Below are positions 10,431 through 20,817 of a DNA stretch of 64,000 nt, one piece after another; position 1 is the first letter of the stretch, and each line of letters starts with the position of its first letter. Under the pieces are notes generated by a model that was given only the letters and a program-made list of their open reading frames with translations, was not told the origin of the DNA and searched no databases. The translations under genes and the position numbers were made by a program. This stretch comes from Nitrospirota bacterium (GTDB lineage: Bacteria > Nitrospirota > UBA9217). The DNA is taken from assembly GCA_963754875.1 (NCBI GenBank), contig CAVWHO010000008.1:256001-320000 (forward strand), read 5' to 3'.

Positions 10431-10687
10431 AATGCCTCCCGCTTAAGCGTTCCGTAGTATCAAAACCTTTCACCGTAGCCTGCACTCGCGTGAACGCGGC
10501 CATAAACAGAGGGACGCTGAGAACACTGAGAAAATCTTGGATTATAAACGCTGTGTCTCTACTGCCTGTTTTTTCGTTTTATTCGAGAACTAGAAATTCT
10601 CTGCGTCTCTGCGGTAAAAAACCTTTCAGTTTTTCATAAAACTTCTGACGTTACCCATTGTTCTACATCATTCCGCAATCAAAAACA

Positions 10688-11935
10688 CTACACATGTCCC
10701 AGCGCGTCCACGATGCTCATCCTTGCCGACCTCCGTGCAGGTACGAACGCAGCGATCATCGAAAGAGCGAGCATGAAGATCAGGTTCCTGGTCAGCGCCG
10801 GCCATACCAGGTCCACGCGAAGGGGCACCGGGTTCGATGATGCGGGCGGCACATAGGTCGGATGGGTCATCATGATGATGAAATACACACCGAAAAAGAT
10901 GAGGCCGCCGAACAGGCTTCCCAGGAGGCCGAGCAGCATTCCTTCCGTGGAGAACAGGAATTTCACTCCGTACTGTTTGAACCCCAGGGCCCGGAGCGTG
11001 CCGATCTCCCGCGTCCGCTCCATGACGGTCATGCTCATGGTATTGATGACGCTCATGACCACGATGACCAGCACGATGGAGAAGATAAAGAAAAAGATCA
11101 TATCGAACATGTTCTTGACCTGGTTATAAAAGACCGACAGTTTCGCCCACGTCTCGATCTCCACGTCGTACCCTGCCTTTGACAGCTGGACGCGCATGTT
11201 TTCCGCGGTAACTGCGTCGGCCTTCTCGTCGCCGCCATCCTTCAGGAGAACGACGAGGCGCTCTGCGCCCTGGTAATCCACGAGGTCCTGGGCATGCCGG
11301 AACGTCATCAGCATCATTTTGTCGTTCGTTGCCGACGTGCCCGTATTGTAGATGCCGATCACCTTGGCGTCAAGAGCGTTCGCCATGCCGGAATAGGAAT
11401 TGCTCAGGATCACGGCATAGTCCTTCTGTTTCAGGCTCAGCATTGCAGCCAGGTCAGAACCCATGACCACCCCGCGGGCTCCTGGTCCGTAAGAAACGTT
11501 CCCGAGAAGCCCGGAAACTTCGTGAGGTCGCCGCGAATGACGGCGTCGTCAGCCGGGACCAGGCCTTCGCCGATGAAGATCGTGGAGTTTTTGCCGTTCG
11601 AGACGATACCTGCAACCGAAAGCCGAGGCGTGACCAGTTCTACATCGGGGTCTTGCCGCAAAATGCCGGATATGGCCTTCACTTCGTCCTTGTTGAACTG
11701 GTATTTCTCAGGATGGAGCTTCCCCATGGCCTGGAACCCTTTCTTGAAGATCGTCAGATGTCCCAGACCCGACGCCGTGGATCGCGGCGTTCGTCAGCCC
11801 CTGGTAGGTGCTGTGCACGTATCCCTGGAACAGGTTAATCGCGCCGAACCCCAAAGCGATTGCCAGGATCGTCGTCAGGCTTCGCCGTCCGTTTTTAAGG
11901 ATGTTTCTGAGTGATATGGTAAACCACATGAACAT
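10688..11935 (-). pseudogene. FtsX/LolE-like ABC permease with two frameshifts (about 11770 and 11470); may be assembly errors
   Basis: Three consecutive frames join: SLRNILKNGRRSLTT..., HLTIFKKG...DPDVELVTPRL..., and ...ERTREIGTLRALG...ARMSIVDALGHV; RBS GGGAGG before ATG 11935. Confidence 0.8.
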
Positions 11936-12022
11936 ATAGACCTCCCAATTCGTAAATCCGGATCTTATAACTGTCTCTCGCAGACGCGGAGCTCGCAGAG
12001 AAAAGCCTATGCCTTCTTGTTC

Positions 12023-12094
12023 GTCATTCCTGCGAACGCAGGAATCCAGGATATAACCAAAAACCGCTGGATTCCGGGTCAAGCCCGGAATGAC
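12023..12094. repeat. GTCATTCC...GGAATGAC REP-like inverted doublet
   Basis: GTCATTCCTGCGAACGCAGGAATCCAG ... CTGGATTCCGGGTCAAGCCCGGAATGAC. Confidence 0.75.
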
Positions 12095-12110
12095 AACTTT
12101 TGAGGATAGC

Positions 12111-12779
12111 TTAAACGATCTTCCCGTCCTCCAGCCGTACGACCCGTTTGACCTCGTTAATGAGCCGCTGGTCGTGGGTCGAAAAAATGAAGGTGACCTT
12201 CTCTTTTTCATTCAGGTCCTTCATGAGATCGATGATCGACTGGGCGGTCTCGTGGTCCAGATTTGCCGTCGGTTCATCGGCAAAAATAAGGAGCGGCTTA
12301 GTTATCAGAGCGCGAGCAATCGCCACGCGCTGCCGCTGGCCCCCGGACAGTTTGTCCGGCCGGTGATGCAGGAAATCGGCCAGCCCCACTTCATCCAGAC
12401 GCTGCGCCGCCTCCGCCCGAATGGCGGACAAACGGCCTCCCCGTATCTGGAGCGCAAGCATGACGTTCTCCAGCGCCGTGAGGACCGACACCAGGTTAAA
12501 GTTCTGGAACACATACCCAATGGTCCTGTTTCGGAGATCCGCCTTCTGGTTGTCCGTGAGCCGCGATATGTCCTGGCCGTTGATGCTCACCCGGCCGTCG
12601 GTCGGGTCGTCGATGGCCCCTGCAAGATTGAGGAGGGTTGTCTTTCCGCTCCCCGAAGCACCGAGGATTGCAGCAAATTCTCCCTGCTCTACTGCCAGGT
12701 CAACGCCGCGCAAGGCATGGACAGTCGTTTCTCCGAGACGGTAATCTTTTTTTACATTTTGAAATTCGAGAATGTTCAT
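12111..12779 (-). CDS. ABC transporter ATP-binding protein (LolD/MacB-like)
   Basis: [24 protein letters not shown]. Confidence 0.95.
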   Translation of the reverse strand: MNILEFQNVKKDYRLGETTVHALRGVDLAVEQGEFAAILGASGSGKTTLLNLAGAIDDPTDGRVSINGQDISRLTDNQKADLRNRTIGYVFQNFNLVSVLTALENVMLALQIRGGRLSAIRAEAAQRLDEVGLADFLHHRPDKLSGGQRQRVAIARALITKPLLIFADEPTANLDHETAQSIIDLMKDLNEKEKVTFIFSTHDQRLINEVKRVVRLEDGKIV

Positions 12780-12922
12780 TGTTCACCTCTTCACCGGCGT
12801 CCTAGTGACTTCTTAGTCTTTCCGATTATATGATATGCAAACCCATTGATATTGACAATGAGAATGCGATGGAAGGGGTAAAAGGGGTGACAAAGGGCAG
12901 AAAGGACGGATGAACAGCTTCT

Positions 12923-13684
12923 CTACATCTGCTTAAAGAGATGGGAATAGGCGCGGCTGACCGACAGGTCGTCCTTTATGTCCTTGAACTGTATCGTGTA
13001 CGTGCCTGCCAAAGAGTGAATCACGCTCTGGATGGCCCTGGCGTTCACAATGGCAGCCCTGTGCACGCGCCAGAATTGTTCCGGGTCCAGCTCTTGCTTC
13101 AGTTCCTTGATGGTCTTCCGGATCAGGAATTCCCCCTCTTTGGTCCGCACGGTCGTGTATTTGTCCGTTGCCCGGAAATAGTAGATATCTCCCACAGGGA
13201 TCAGCCGTACGCCGTCCTTGTGCTGCGTTTTTATCCACTGGAGGTGTGCGGGAGCTTTTTGGAGAGATAGGGCGACCTTTTCGATAATTTCGGACATGTT
13301 CGGGGCAAGTGGTTGTGAGGAACTCAGGCGCTCTTTGAGACGGCTTACGGTCTTTTCCAGCCGTTCGTCAGTCACCGGTTTTACGAGATAATCGAGGGCC
13401 TCGTTCTCAAAGGCCTCTACTGCATAATGGTTGAAGGCAGTGATGAATACCACGGCACACGTCCCGGCTACCCTTCTCGCCACTTCGATCCCGGTAACAC
13501 CCGGCATCTGGATGTCAAGAAAAGCAACGTCCGGCTCCTGGTCTTCGATGAGGCGCAGAGCAGTTGCCCCATCTGCGGCTTCTCCAATGATCTCCAGCTC
13601 AGGCCAGGCAGCTGCAAGCTTTTTCCTGAGGTAGCCGCGGAGGGCTTCCTCGTCATCTGCTATGATTGCTCGGATCGGTTTCAT
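12923..13684 (-). CDS. LytTR-family response regulator
   Basis: Receiver (ADDE, FLDIQMP, DYLVKP) plus LytTR domain (FWRVHRAAIVN). Confidence 0.95.
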   Translation of the reverse strand: MKPIRAIIADDEEALRGYLRKKLAAAWPELEIIGEAADGATALRLIEDQEPDVAFLDIQMPGVTGIEVARRVAGTCAVVFITAFNHYAVEAFENEALDYLVKPVTDERLEKTVSRLKERLSSSQPLAPNMSEIIEKVALSLQKAPAHLQWIKTQHKDGVRLIPVGDIYYFRATDKYTTVRTKEGEFLIRKTIKELKQELDPEQFWRVHRAAIVNARAIQSVIHSLAGTYTIQFKDIKDDLSVSRAYSHLFKQM

Positions 13685-14735
13685 AGGGTAACTCGATCAC
13701 CACCTTAACGCCCGTGGGCTCATTCTCTGCAAAGGTCAGGCTGGCGCGGCCTTGGTACAGCAGGTCCAGTCGCTTTCTGATATTTTCAAGACTGATGCCG
13801 TTGCCGGGACTCGATTCATTGATCCCCATACCGGAGTCGGACACAGTAATCCTGACACGGTCGCCTTCTTGCTGACCCTGGATCAAGAGCTCTCCCCCGC
13901 GCACTGACGGCTCCAACCCGTGCTTTACGGCATTTTCTACCAAAGGCTGTATGATCAGCGGCGGGATCCGAAAGTCGCGGAGGCTGTCGGGAATATCGAT
14001 TTTGTAGCGGAGACGTTCTCCCATGCGCACGGCATAGATCTTGAGATAGTTCTTTACCACGTCCAGTTCCTGGGAAAGCGTTGTTGTTTCGCCTCGCCCG
14101 GTTACGAGTGATGTACGCAGGAACGCGGTAAAAGACTCGAGCATCTGCTTGGCTTTTTCCTGGTCCGTGTCGATCAAGCTGAGGATCGTAGAAAGCGTAT
14201 TGAACAGGAAGTGCGGTTCCATCTGCGACTGGAGGAGTTTGATCTCCGTTACGATTGCGTTCTTTTCCACTTCCAGCCTTTTTATTTTCTCGTCCGATAA
14301 TCGCTGAAGAGAAATGAACACGTAGCTGACAATCGAGCCGAAAAGAAGGGCCCAAAGGAGGTTGGACAAATAGAAGTGGCTTTTCATGTTCTCCGGCAAC
14401 GTGGCCCCGGCGTCCATGTGCAAAAGGCGGGTCACTGCAGTAGCGAGCGCAACGCCGATGAAAGCGCCCACGATCACTGCCGCGACGAGCAGCACGGCCT
14501 GCACGCTCATCCGCTGGACTTTGATTAAATTTGCCGTCCCGAATACGCAACAGCAGATGGAAATTCCGATGCATTGGGAAATGGTAAAACTGACGATGAA
14601 CCTGGCTTGCGGATTGATCAAGACGATGAACAGGGCGATAAGCGTGTTTGCAACAAGGATGGAGATAACTTTTGTGGGAGTGACTTTGAAATATATCGGC
14701 GCTTGCACTGGAGACACAATTTGTCGCTCTGTCAT
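13653..14735 (-). CDS. LytS/YehU-family sensor histidine kinase
   Basis: N-terminal transmembrane helices, QMEPHFLFNTL, QPLVENAVKHG. Confidence 0.95.
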   Translation of the reverse strand: MTERQIVSPVQAPIYFKVTPTKVISILVANTLIALFIVLINPQARFIVSFTISQCIGISICCCVFGTANLIKVQRMSVQAVLLVAAVIVGAFIGVALATAVTRLLHMDAGATLPENMKSHFYLSNLLWALLFGSIVSYVFISLQRLSDEKIKRLEVEKNAIVTEIKLLQSQMEPHFLFNTLSTILSLIDTDQEKAKQMLESFTAFLRTSLVTGRGETTTLSQELDVVKNYLKIYAVRMGERLRYKIDIPDSLRDFRIPPLIIQPLVENAVKHGLEPSVRGGELLIQGQQEGDRVRITVSDSGMGINESSPGNGISLENIRKRLDLLYQGRASLTFAENEPTGVKVVIELPYETDPSNHSR

Positions 14736-14898
14736 TGATTTTTTACCTGTTGGTTTTCAAGAGAAAAGGCCAGTGGCCAAGGCTGTTTACGATGCTAGCT
14801 TATCACAGATCAGGGGAAAAGTGTAGAATGGACTTTCGTGCAGAGTCCGAAGGAGACTTGCCAATCATTCCGTGCGCTATGCAGATGAGTTTCTCCCT

Positions 14899-14954
14899 CC
14901 GTTCGCCCTGAGCCTGTCGAAGGGTGTACGGAGGTCTTTTTAACAGTCTGCTAG
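14899..14954. repeat. Short palindromic repeat / MITE-like end
   Basis: CCGTTCGCCCTGAGCCTGTCGAAGGG followed by TTTTTAACAGTCTGCTAG at the left edge of the accessory region. Confidence 0.45.
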
Positions 14955-15012
14955 TCATAGGACATACATGGCACGTTACTACTGTGCAACGCGGGCTGCA
15001 CCACTTCAAATC

Positions 15013-15792
15013 TCATCGGATAGAAATATCAACTTGCTCAGTATTGCCGATAAAGGATGCTTTTACCGTATAGTTGCCTGGTTGCACCTGGTTCCCCGCG
15101 TTGTCTTTCTGGTCCCAACTGAAGTCGTATTTCTTTGTCTCTCCTGCGGGAATCGAAAGTTGGTGAACTATGGCCGGAAATGCCAACCCGAAGTATGGAT
15201 CCCAAACCACCGCATTGTCTTTGACAACCTGAACAGCAACCTCTGGAGCACCTATAAGAACTTCAAAAAGTCCGCTGCCGGTGTTCTTGACACTTAATGT
15301 TATTGGTACATTTTTACCTGGGTCGACAACATCGAGAGAGGTTAATGTATACTGCAGTGTATCATATTGGTGGGAGCTTGTTGCGATGTTGATGTTAGGG
15401 TCATTGACTGCAATAATTCCGGGAATTAAATTGTTTGCAGCAACGTAGCCACAGATACTTGTTTGGCCTTGCGCAAGCACGATAAGAGAAAGCTGGTCGC
15501 CCGAGTATTTTTCCGCAATGCTATAGGTGACTGCGGTTATGTCCTGCCCCGCATACGGTGTTAAGTCATAACCTGCTTGCTGACACGCGCCTTGTTTTAA
15601 TCCCCAATTTGCATCTGTAAATTGCTGCGGTAAGGTGAGGTTAGTAGTCAAGGGCTGACCTTCTACGTGCAAGTTATACTTTTGTATAATGTCTGCCCCA
15701 ACTGCGGGAGCGCTTGACGTGTTGCCGCACCCATATATTGAGATTAAAATATAAATTCCAACTAATGGAAACAGATAGAATTCCTTCTTCAT
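15013..15792 (-). CDS. Lipoprotein with DUF4830-like N-domain and BsuPI/FlgD-Ig-like C-domain
   Basis: Lipobox-like IYGC; GYDLTPYAGQ; WDQKDNAGNQVQPGNYTV. Confidence 0.55.
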   Translation of the reverse strand: MKKEFYLFPLVGIYILISIYGCGNTSSAPAVGADIIQKYNLHVEGQPLTTNLTLPQQFTDANWGLKQGACQQAGYDLTPYAGQDITAVTYSIAEKYSGDQLSLIVLAQGQTSICGYVAANNLIPGIIAVNDPNINIATSSHQYDTLQYTLTSLDVVDPGKNVPITLSVKNTGSGLFEVLIGAPEVAVQVVKDNAVVWDPYFGLAFPAIVHQLSIPAGETKKYDFSWDQKDNAGNQVQPGNYTVKASFIGNTEQVDISIR

Positions 15793-15816
15793 ACGAACCT
15801 CCCTTCAGCCGGTTCT

Positions 15817-15848
15817 GCAGGTCGGTTAGAGCTCTGCGAAACCCGGCA
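15817..15848. repeat. Degenerate GTAG-type REP
   Basis: GCAGGTCGGTTAGAGC...GAAACCCGGCA, similar to 17636-17667. Confidence 0.55.
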
Positions 15849-15869
15849 TCATTCACTCAACTCTAGCCG

Positions 15870-17122
15870 TCACCTGCCGATATGGTCGGCAACTTTCTGC
15901 AAGTCGGTCCGGCGGAATACCTCGTAGGTCGTCCAGAGATCGAGGGAGCCCTTCTTCTGGTCGGGCCGGCCTTGCTTTCCATATTTTTTCGAGTGACTTG
16001 AACCGCGTAACGACGATGATCTGCGGCACGCTGCGGGGCAGGCCCGGATCGAAGAAGTTCGGGTTCTTGCCCACGAGCGGTTTGCACTGGGGCGTGCCCA
16101 TCGCCACCAGACCGCTTTTGGTCGGGTCGCGCATATCCTCGAGGAGGTATGCTGGCCCGCTGCGGTCGGCAGGGGACATGGATGCGAGCTGCTCCTCAGC
16201 GGCCTTGAGGCCCGCGATCACGCCGGCGAAGGCAGAGTCTTTCGGATCATGGGATGCCCCGCGCTTCAAGCGGGCCAGCGTATCGGCCTCATCACGCTCC
16301 CAGTACCGTCGTTCGTGTTCTACGGCTGCCGCGCCCTTGGACGCCATTTTGTCGACCGCTGCCTTGTATTTCGCCTGGCGGGCGGCGTATGCGTCGGGAG
16401 CGACAAACGCCTCATACTGTCTTCTGCTGATCGGCAATGTATCTCTCGGCATTGGCGGCGTCAGGCCGGCGTTTTGCGATGAAGGCCTTGAGATAACGCT
16501 CGCGGGAAACGGGCGTCCAGACGGGCCGTCCGTTCTTCGCCATGATCAGCAGGTCGCCATAGGTCGGGAACCCGCCCATGTCGGCCGTGCGGACCGGCTC
16601 CTCGTAAAATTCTCCCTCATTGTCGCTCAGCATGTTGACACCGCCGCCCTTGGGGAGCATATTCACATCGATCATGATGTGCGAGGTCTCGCCGCCAACG
16701 TAATGTTCGTGTTCTTCCCTGTTGCCCACCTGCCGGATCACCTCATAGTGATCGAAGCTGCCCATCATGATGGTGCCTGCGATAGGCTGATTCTTCTTTG
16801 CAGCGGAAGAAACGGTCCACGGCATGAAGAGCGAGCCCGTGAGCGAGGGATCGACCCCCATCGGCTTGTTCCAGACAGGGGACGACTGAAAGACCTCGGC
16901 GATCTGCTGGAGCCGGGTCTTAAAGGCGTTGACGTCGGACAGGGTGAGGCCGTAGCTCTTGATATCGTTTTGCGACAGGCTGCTGCAGGTCCACGGGCGC
17001 CATGTGCCCGGCTCGTTCGCAAGCGTTCGCATCGTCGCTTCTTGTTCGCCAAGGGACGGCGCTGCGGTCAGCAGCATTACGGCAAGGGTCAGCCAAAACA
17101 GTCTGAAGGGGCGCATCGTCAT
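15870..17122 (-). pseudogene. Exported hypothetical protein with two frameshifts (about 16420 and 15950)
   Basis: ORF 16412-17122 (signal peptide) continues into ORF 15853-16452 (QYEAFVAP...); a third frame gives a plausible end GSLDLWTTYEVFRRTDLQKVADHIGR*. Confidence 0.6.
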
Positions 17123-17155
17123 GGATTTCTCCTTATTCAGACGCGAACAGCCTTC

Positions 17156-17572
17156 TTAGGGACAATTTCCAATCCTCTTCCCCTTCACCTTCATTGTCAT
17201 AGACCTGCCCTTGCCCGAATCGGACTGCATATTCATGACGGACTCGTAGGAGTCCCCCGAAAACACAGTTTCGCCACTGAACGTGCCGGCATTCTTACCA
17301 GTGCATTTCATCTTCCAACTCACCTTGTTGCCGGACTTCTTCAAATCGGTCACGGTACAGTTCTTGTCCTTGCTGATCACGTTCTTCTGGTCTTTGACGT
17401 CTTCCTTCGTGTAGCAGTGCTTGACAGTAGCCGGGGGCATCTCCATTGGCATGCCCGGCATATCCATTTTGGACGTGATCTCCCACATTCCCGCCCGGAT
17501 GCCATCGGCAGCAAAAATCGTAGCGGGCAGAGAAACCAAAACGAGAACCGCAAAAATATGTTTCATTTTCAT
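17156..17572 (-). CDS. DUF3617 family exported protein
   Basis: Signal peptide; GMWEIT, spaced Cys residues, C-terminal GKRIGNC. Confidence 0.85.
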   Translation of the reverse strand: MKMKHIFAVLVLVSLPATIFAADGIRAGMWEITSKMDMPGMPMEMPPATVKHCYTKEDVKDQKNVISKDKNCTVTDLKKSGNKVSWKMKCTGKNAGTFSGETVFSGDSYESVMNMQSDSGKGRSMTMKVKGKRIGNCP

Positions 17573-17635
17573 AATTACTCCCTCCTTTTGTTTGTGATCA
17601 ATTTTGATAGTTTACGGCTCGCCAGCTGGTAGCTG

Positions 17636-17667
17636 GTAGGTCGGGTAGAGCGTAGCAAAACCCGACA
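17636..17667. repeat. GTAG-type REP
   Basis: GTAGGTCGGGTAGAGCGTAGCAAAACCCGACA hairpin. Confidence 0.7.
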
Positions 17668-17751
17668 CTATCATCCTTTATTCATTTCCAATATCATGTC
17701 CAAATGCAATCTCATTGTCTGAGCCTCAATCGACATAATATTCCAATAGCT

Positions 17752-17871
17752 TCATGTCTTTTTACTTTTGTGTACTTTCGCTCGAGTACCCGCAGGCGCT
17801 TTCTTCTTCAATTTGGCACGCCAGTCTGTGAGTTCTGCGATCAGCTTGTCAATACGTTTCGATGGATTCAT
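17752..17871 (-). pseudogene. Internally deleted DUF1801-like cassette gene (39 aa), copy 1
   Basis: MNPSKRIDKLIAELTDWR joined directly to AKLKKKAPAGTRAKVHKSKKT*; recalled as the two termini of a DUF1801-type protein. Confidence 0.6.
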
Positions 17872-17952
17872 AGGATCTTTATGCCTTCCTTTTCAGTTTT
17901 CTTATCGAAGTAGCTTTTAAATTATCCTTTTCTTTGCCTTGGGGCAGCACAA
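17765..17952. repeat. 188-bp direct repeat, copy 1 (copy 2 at 20821-21008)
   Basis: Manual alignment shows 3 mismatches; both copies end at an attC core site. Confidence 0.95.
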
Positions 17953-18006
17953 TGCGCGGGTGAAACGCGCGTCTCTTGCGCCTCGGACTCGACCCGCAGG
18001 TTGAAC
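17947..18006 (-). mobile_element. Integron attC site (degenerate core)
   Basis: Minus strand GTTCAAC-CTGCG-GGTCGAGT...TTTCACC-CGCGC-ATTGTGC, starting 2 nt after the rsgA stop; core G replaced by A. Confidence 0.7.
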
Positions 18007-18008
18007 TA

Positions 18009-19076
18009 CTAATCACTTTTTTTGTGATGTTTCATTGCAGTCTTGACGAACTGTCCGAATTTCCTGTCCTTTCTACGCTTTTCAACGTAGGACAGCTCAT
18101 TGTATTCAGATTCTTTCATCAGCTTCAAATAGCTCTGATATCGATCCGCTTGCAATGTGCCATTATCAATTGCGTTTAAGAGTGCGCAACCGGCTTCCTG
18201 AGTATGAGTGCAATTGGCAAAACGGCAGGTTTTTGAAAGGCTCCAAATATCAGAGAAGCTTTCCTCAAGACCTGAGCTGACGCCGATATTCCCCAGTTCT
18301 CTCATCCCGGGAGTGTCGATCAGCATTGCCCCTTGATCAAGGACGATTAGTTGGCGCTGCGCCGTCGTGTGTTTTCCCTTCCCGTCGCTTGCACGGACTG
18401 TGTTTGTCTCAAATAAATCGCGTCCTATGATATGGTTCAAGAGCGTTGTTTTGCCTACTCCGGAAGACCCAACCAAACAATACGTTTTGCACGGCTCCAG
18501 TAATTGACGCACTTGATCCACTCCGAAGCCGGTCACGTTGCTGAGCGGAAAAACTTTGCATTTGATGTTGGCTTGACGCACCTCTGATATTCTTTGCTCC
18601 AGCTTCTCTGGGGTGACGAGGTCGCTTTTTGTCAGGAGCAGTGTCGGCTCAATGTGTCCTTCGTTTACCATTACGAGGTAGCGCTCCAGCCTGCGCAGAT
18701 TGAAATCGAAATCGCAGGATTGGACGATTAAGGCAGAATCTATATTGACCGCGATCATTTGGTAATCAATTTTTTTACCTGGGGTTTTCCGCCGCAAAAA
18801 CGATTTACGTGGGAGTAAGCCATGAATAATGGCAAATGTATCAACGTTGTGGTACTGGACAAGTGCCCAATCGCCAACTGAAGGAAGGTCTATGCTTGAC
18901 TCAGCGGAGTAAACGAAACTGCCAGCCAGTTCAGCGAGTACCTCGCTGTTTTCATTTCTTACGAGATAGCTGTCCCTGTGGACAGCGGTCACACGAGCCA
19001 CGTTGCAGTCAGGTCTCAGCGCTTCCGACCTTTTGTCTTCAAACCACTGATCAAATCCGAGAGCTTTAAGTTCCAT
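18009..19076 (-). CDS. rsgA: Ribosome small subunit-dependent GTPase A (paralog-type)
   Basis: TKSDL, GSSGVGKTT, GKHTT, DTPG, CxFxxCxHxxExxC; start taken at MELKAL. Confidence 0.93.
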   Translation of the reverse strand: MELKALGFDQWFEDKRSEALRPDCNVARVTAVHRDSYLVRNENSEVLAELAGSFVYSAESSIDLPSVGDWALVQYHNVDTFAIIHGLLPRKSFLRRKTPGKKIDYQMIAVNIDSALIVQSCDFDFNLRRLERYLVMVNEGHIEPTLLLTKSDLVTPEKLEQRISEVRQANIKCKVFPLSNVTGFGVDQVRQLLEPCKTYCLVGSSGVGKTTLLNHIIGRDLFETNTVRASDGKGKHTTAQRQLIVLDQGAMLIDTPGMRELGNIGVSSGLEESFSDIWSLSKTCRFANCTHTQEAGCALLNAIDNGTLQADRYQSYLKLMKESEYNELSYVEKRRKDRKFGQFVKTAMKHHKKSD

Positions 19077-19125
19077 AGTAAGTTTACGCGCGTCGCTGTG
19101 GACCCGCTTTCCCGAAGGCACACCG

Positions 19126-19593
19126 CTAGCCGATTTTGCCGGGATGTTCGCGCCGAACCATCTGGATCATCTGGTCCAGTTTCTGCAAAAAGTTCGACCT
19201 GTCGCGTTTGGAGAAGGGCGCTGGCCCCCCGGTGATCTCGCCGTTCCCGCGCAGCTCTGTAAGCAGGTTACGGGTTGCGACAGCATCTCCGATGTTTCCC
19301 TCGGTGAAGGCCTTCCCCGCTGGGCTGATTGCGTGCGCACCTGCCTTGATGCATCGGCTCGCTAGAAGAATGTCCGTCGTGACCACAATGTCGTGGGGAG
19401 TGACATTGGCAACGATCCAGTTGTCGGCCTCATCTAGCCCATCGCCGACAACTTGAAGTACGATTCCATCCTCTGTGGGCACGTTCATCCAGGAGTTGGC
19501 CACCAAGGTGACACTTATATGATACCTGGCTGCAACCCGGTAGACCTCTTGCTTCACAGGGCATGCGTCAGCATCTACAAAAACATTCAGCAA
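19126..19593 (-). CDS. YaiI/YqxD (UPF0178) family protein
   Basis: VDADACPVK, DEADNWI, VVTTDILLA. Confidence 0.92.
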   Translation of the reverse strand: MLNVFVDADACPVKQEVYRVAARYHISVTLVANSWMNVPTEDGIVLQVVGDGLDEADNWIVANVTPHDIVVTTDILLASRCIKAGAHAISPAGKAFTEGNIGDAVATRNLLTELRGNGEITGGPAPFSKRDRSNFLQKLDQMIQMVRREHPGKIG

Positions 19594-19634
19594 TCGATAT
19601 CCTTGGTTGGCAAACTCAAAAGCAATCCAGTTAC

Positions 19635-19780
19635 GTAGGTTGGGCTGAACGCTTTACGTGAAGCCCAACGCATTTATCGTCGAAAGATGTTGGGCAAGGT
19701 GAAGCTTTTTGCCCAACCTACCAGCTGAAATTCTGAAATTCTGGCGTCGGGTTTCACAAAAAACGTTCTACCCGACCTAC
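19635..19780. repeat. GTAG-type REP doublet (19635-19721) plus single REP (19746-19780)
   Basis: GTAGGTTGGGC...GCCCAAC...GTTGGGC...GCCCAACCTAC and GTCGGG...CCCGACCTAC. Confidence 0.8.
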
Positions 19781-19812
19781 CCGCTGCAATCCCTATCCAC
19801 GTCTGGATGTCG

Positions 19813-20682
19813 CTAGTCAAGCGCCCCGTGTTCTTTTGCAGTCTTGATCCAATGTTCGGCCAGTTCGGTAGGATTTGCGCCCAGACCACGGCTAAGGTGC
19901 AGCGCCAGTCCCATCATTAATTCCGATGCCTTGCAGAAATCGGTGACATTGTCCAGTGTACCAAATGATTCTTGAGCTTTCAATAGGAGTAGATCGTGAT
20001 GCTGGCGAGAAAAAGCTACGGGATCATTTAAGCCATCCGTTAACTCAGGGAGCATCAGCAGGTCGATCCACTCGGGACCAAGCCGGTCCTGCAATTGTTC
20101 GGGCTCTTCTCCACCCATCTCTCGCCAGAGACGCAATGTCTGCCGGTCACCCGATTCGGCCAAACCACTTTCCAGCAGAAGGGCGAAAGCGCTATCAGCT
20201 AAATTTTGCATCAGTTCGAGATACTCATCCTGAGCAACTTCGAAGCGCTTCGTGGCCTGTCCTTCAATGTAGGCGGCGACACTCAATTGAGGTAAATCTA
20301 AAACTTCCGGACACCCTTCCATACAGGGTAAGTCACTCCCTTGGTACATGTAGTGCAGTTCCTCGGCCTGCCTTCGGCGGCCAAGAGGATATAACCGGCA
20401 GGCCAATGGGCGCCCCAAATGCGCGCTGCATCCAAAATCAGGTACATACTGGCTGCACGCCGGCAGCTGTCTCCAGCCGGGTGCACCATCAAAACGCAAA
20501 TGGATGCCGCCAAAATCGCAGTAACGATCACGAAACGCCCTCGGGGTCAGCCCTTTTGCTTCAGCCAGACACGCCAGTTCCCACGGGTTCAGCCTGACAG
20601 TTTTGCCATGACAGCAGGTGCCTGAACGTGAACAGGTAAGTGGCAGATTATCAGTAAGGGTGAGTTTGGTCGTGGCCGACAT
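19813..20682 (-). CDS. YkgJ family cysteine-cluster protein
   Basis: CSRSGTCC, CSAHLGRPLACRLYP; start taken at MSATTK. Confidence 0.85.
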   Translation of the reverse strand: MSATTKLTLTDNLPLTCSRSGTCCHGKTVRLNPWELACLAEAKGLTPRAFRDRYCDFGGIHLRFDGAPGWRQLPACSQYVPDFGCSAHLGRPLACRLYPLGRRRQAEELHYMYQGSDLPCMEGCPEVLDLPQLSVAAYIEGQATKRFEVAQDEYLELMQNLADSAFALLLESGLAESGDRQTLRLWREMGGEEPEQLQDRLGPEWIDLLMLPELTDGLNDPVAFSRQHHDLLLLKAQESFGTLDNVTDFCKASELMMGLALHLSRGLGANPTELAEHWIKTAKEHGALD

Positions 20683-20742
20683 TGTGGGTTTTCCTTCTGT
20701 ATTCCATTTGTTCAAATTCTCGCATAACGTGAAATCAGTTGT

Positions 20743-20817
20743 GTAGGTTGGGCTACGCATCAAAGCCCAACATCTTGAAATCCCGTTGGGCAAGGAGAAC
20801 CGTTTTGCACAACCTAC
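20743..20817. repeat. GTAG-type REP doublet truncating cassette copy 2
   Basis: GTAGGTTGGGCT...GCCCAAC...GTTGGGCAA...TTGCACAACCTAC, 3 bp from the repeat boundary at 20821. Confidence 0.8.

Noticed and set aside
12870..12920. LytTR direct-repeat binding site upstream of the ABC ATPase
   Set aside because: Candidate half-sites (TCATCC, TCACCC) are weak and their 23-bp spacing is not convincing.
15998..17632. 544-aa plus-strand ORF, and similar long antisense ORFs (821-1750, 24317-25459, 34637-35674, 45236-46465)
   Set aside because: Shadow frames opposite well-supported genes in GC-rich DNA; no recognisable motifs.
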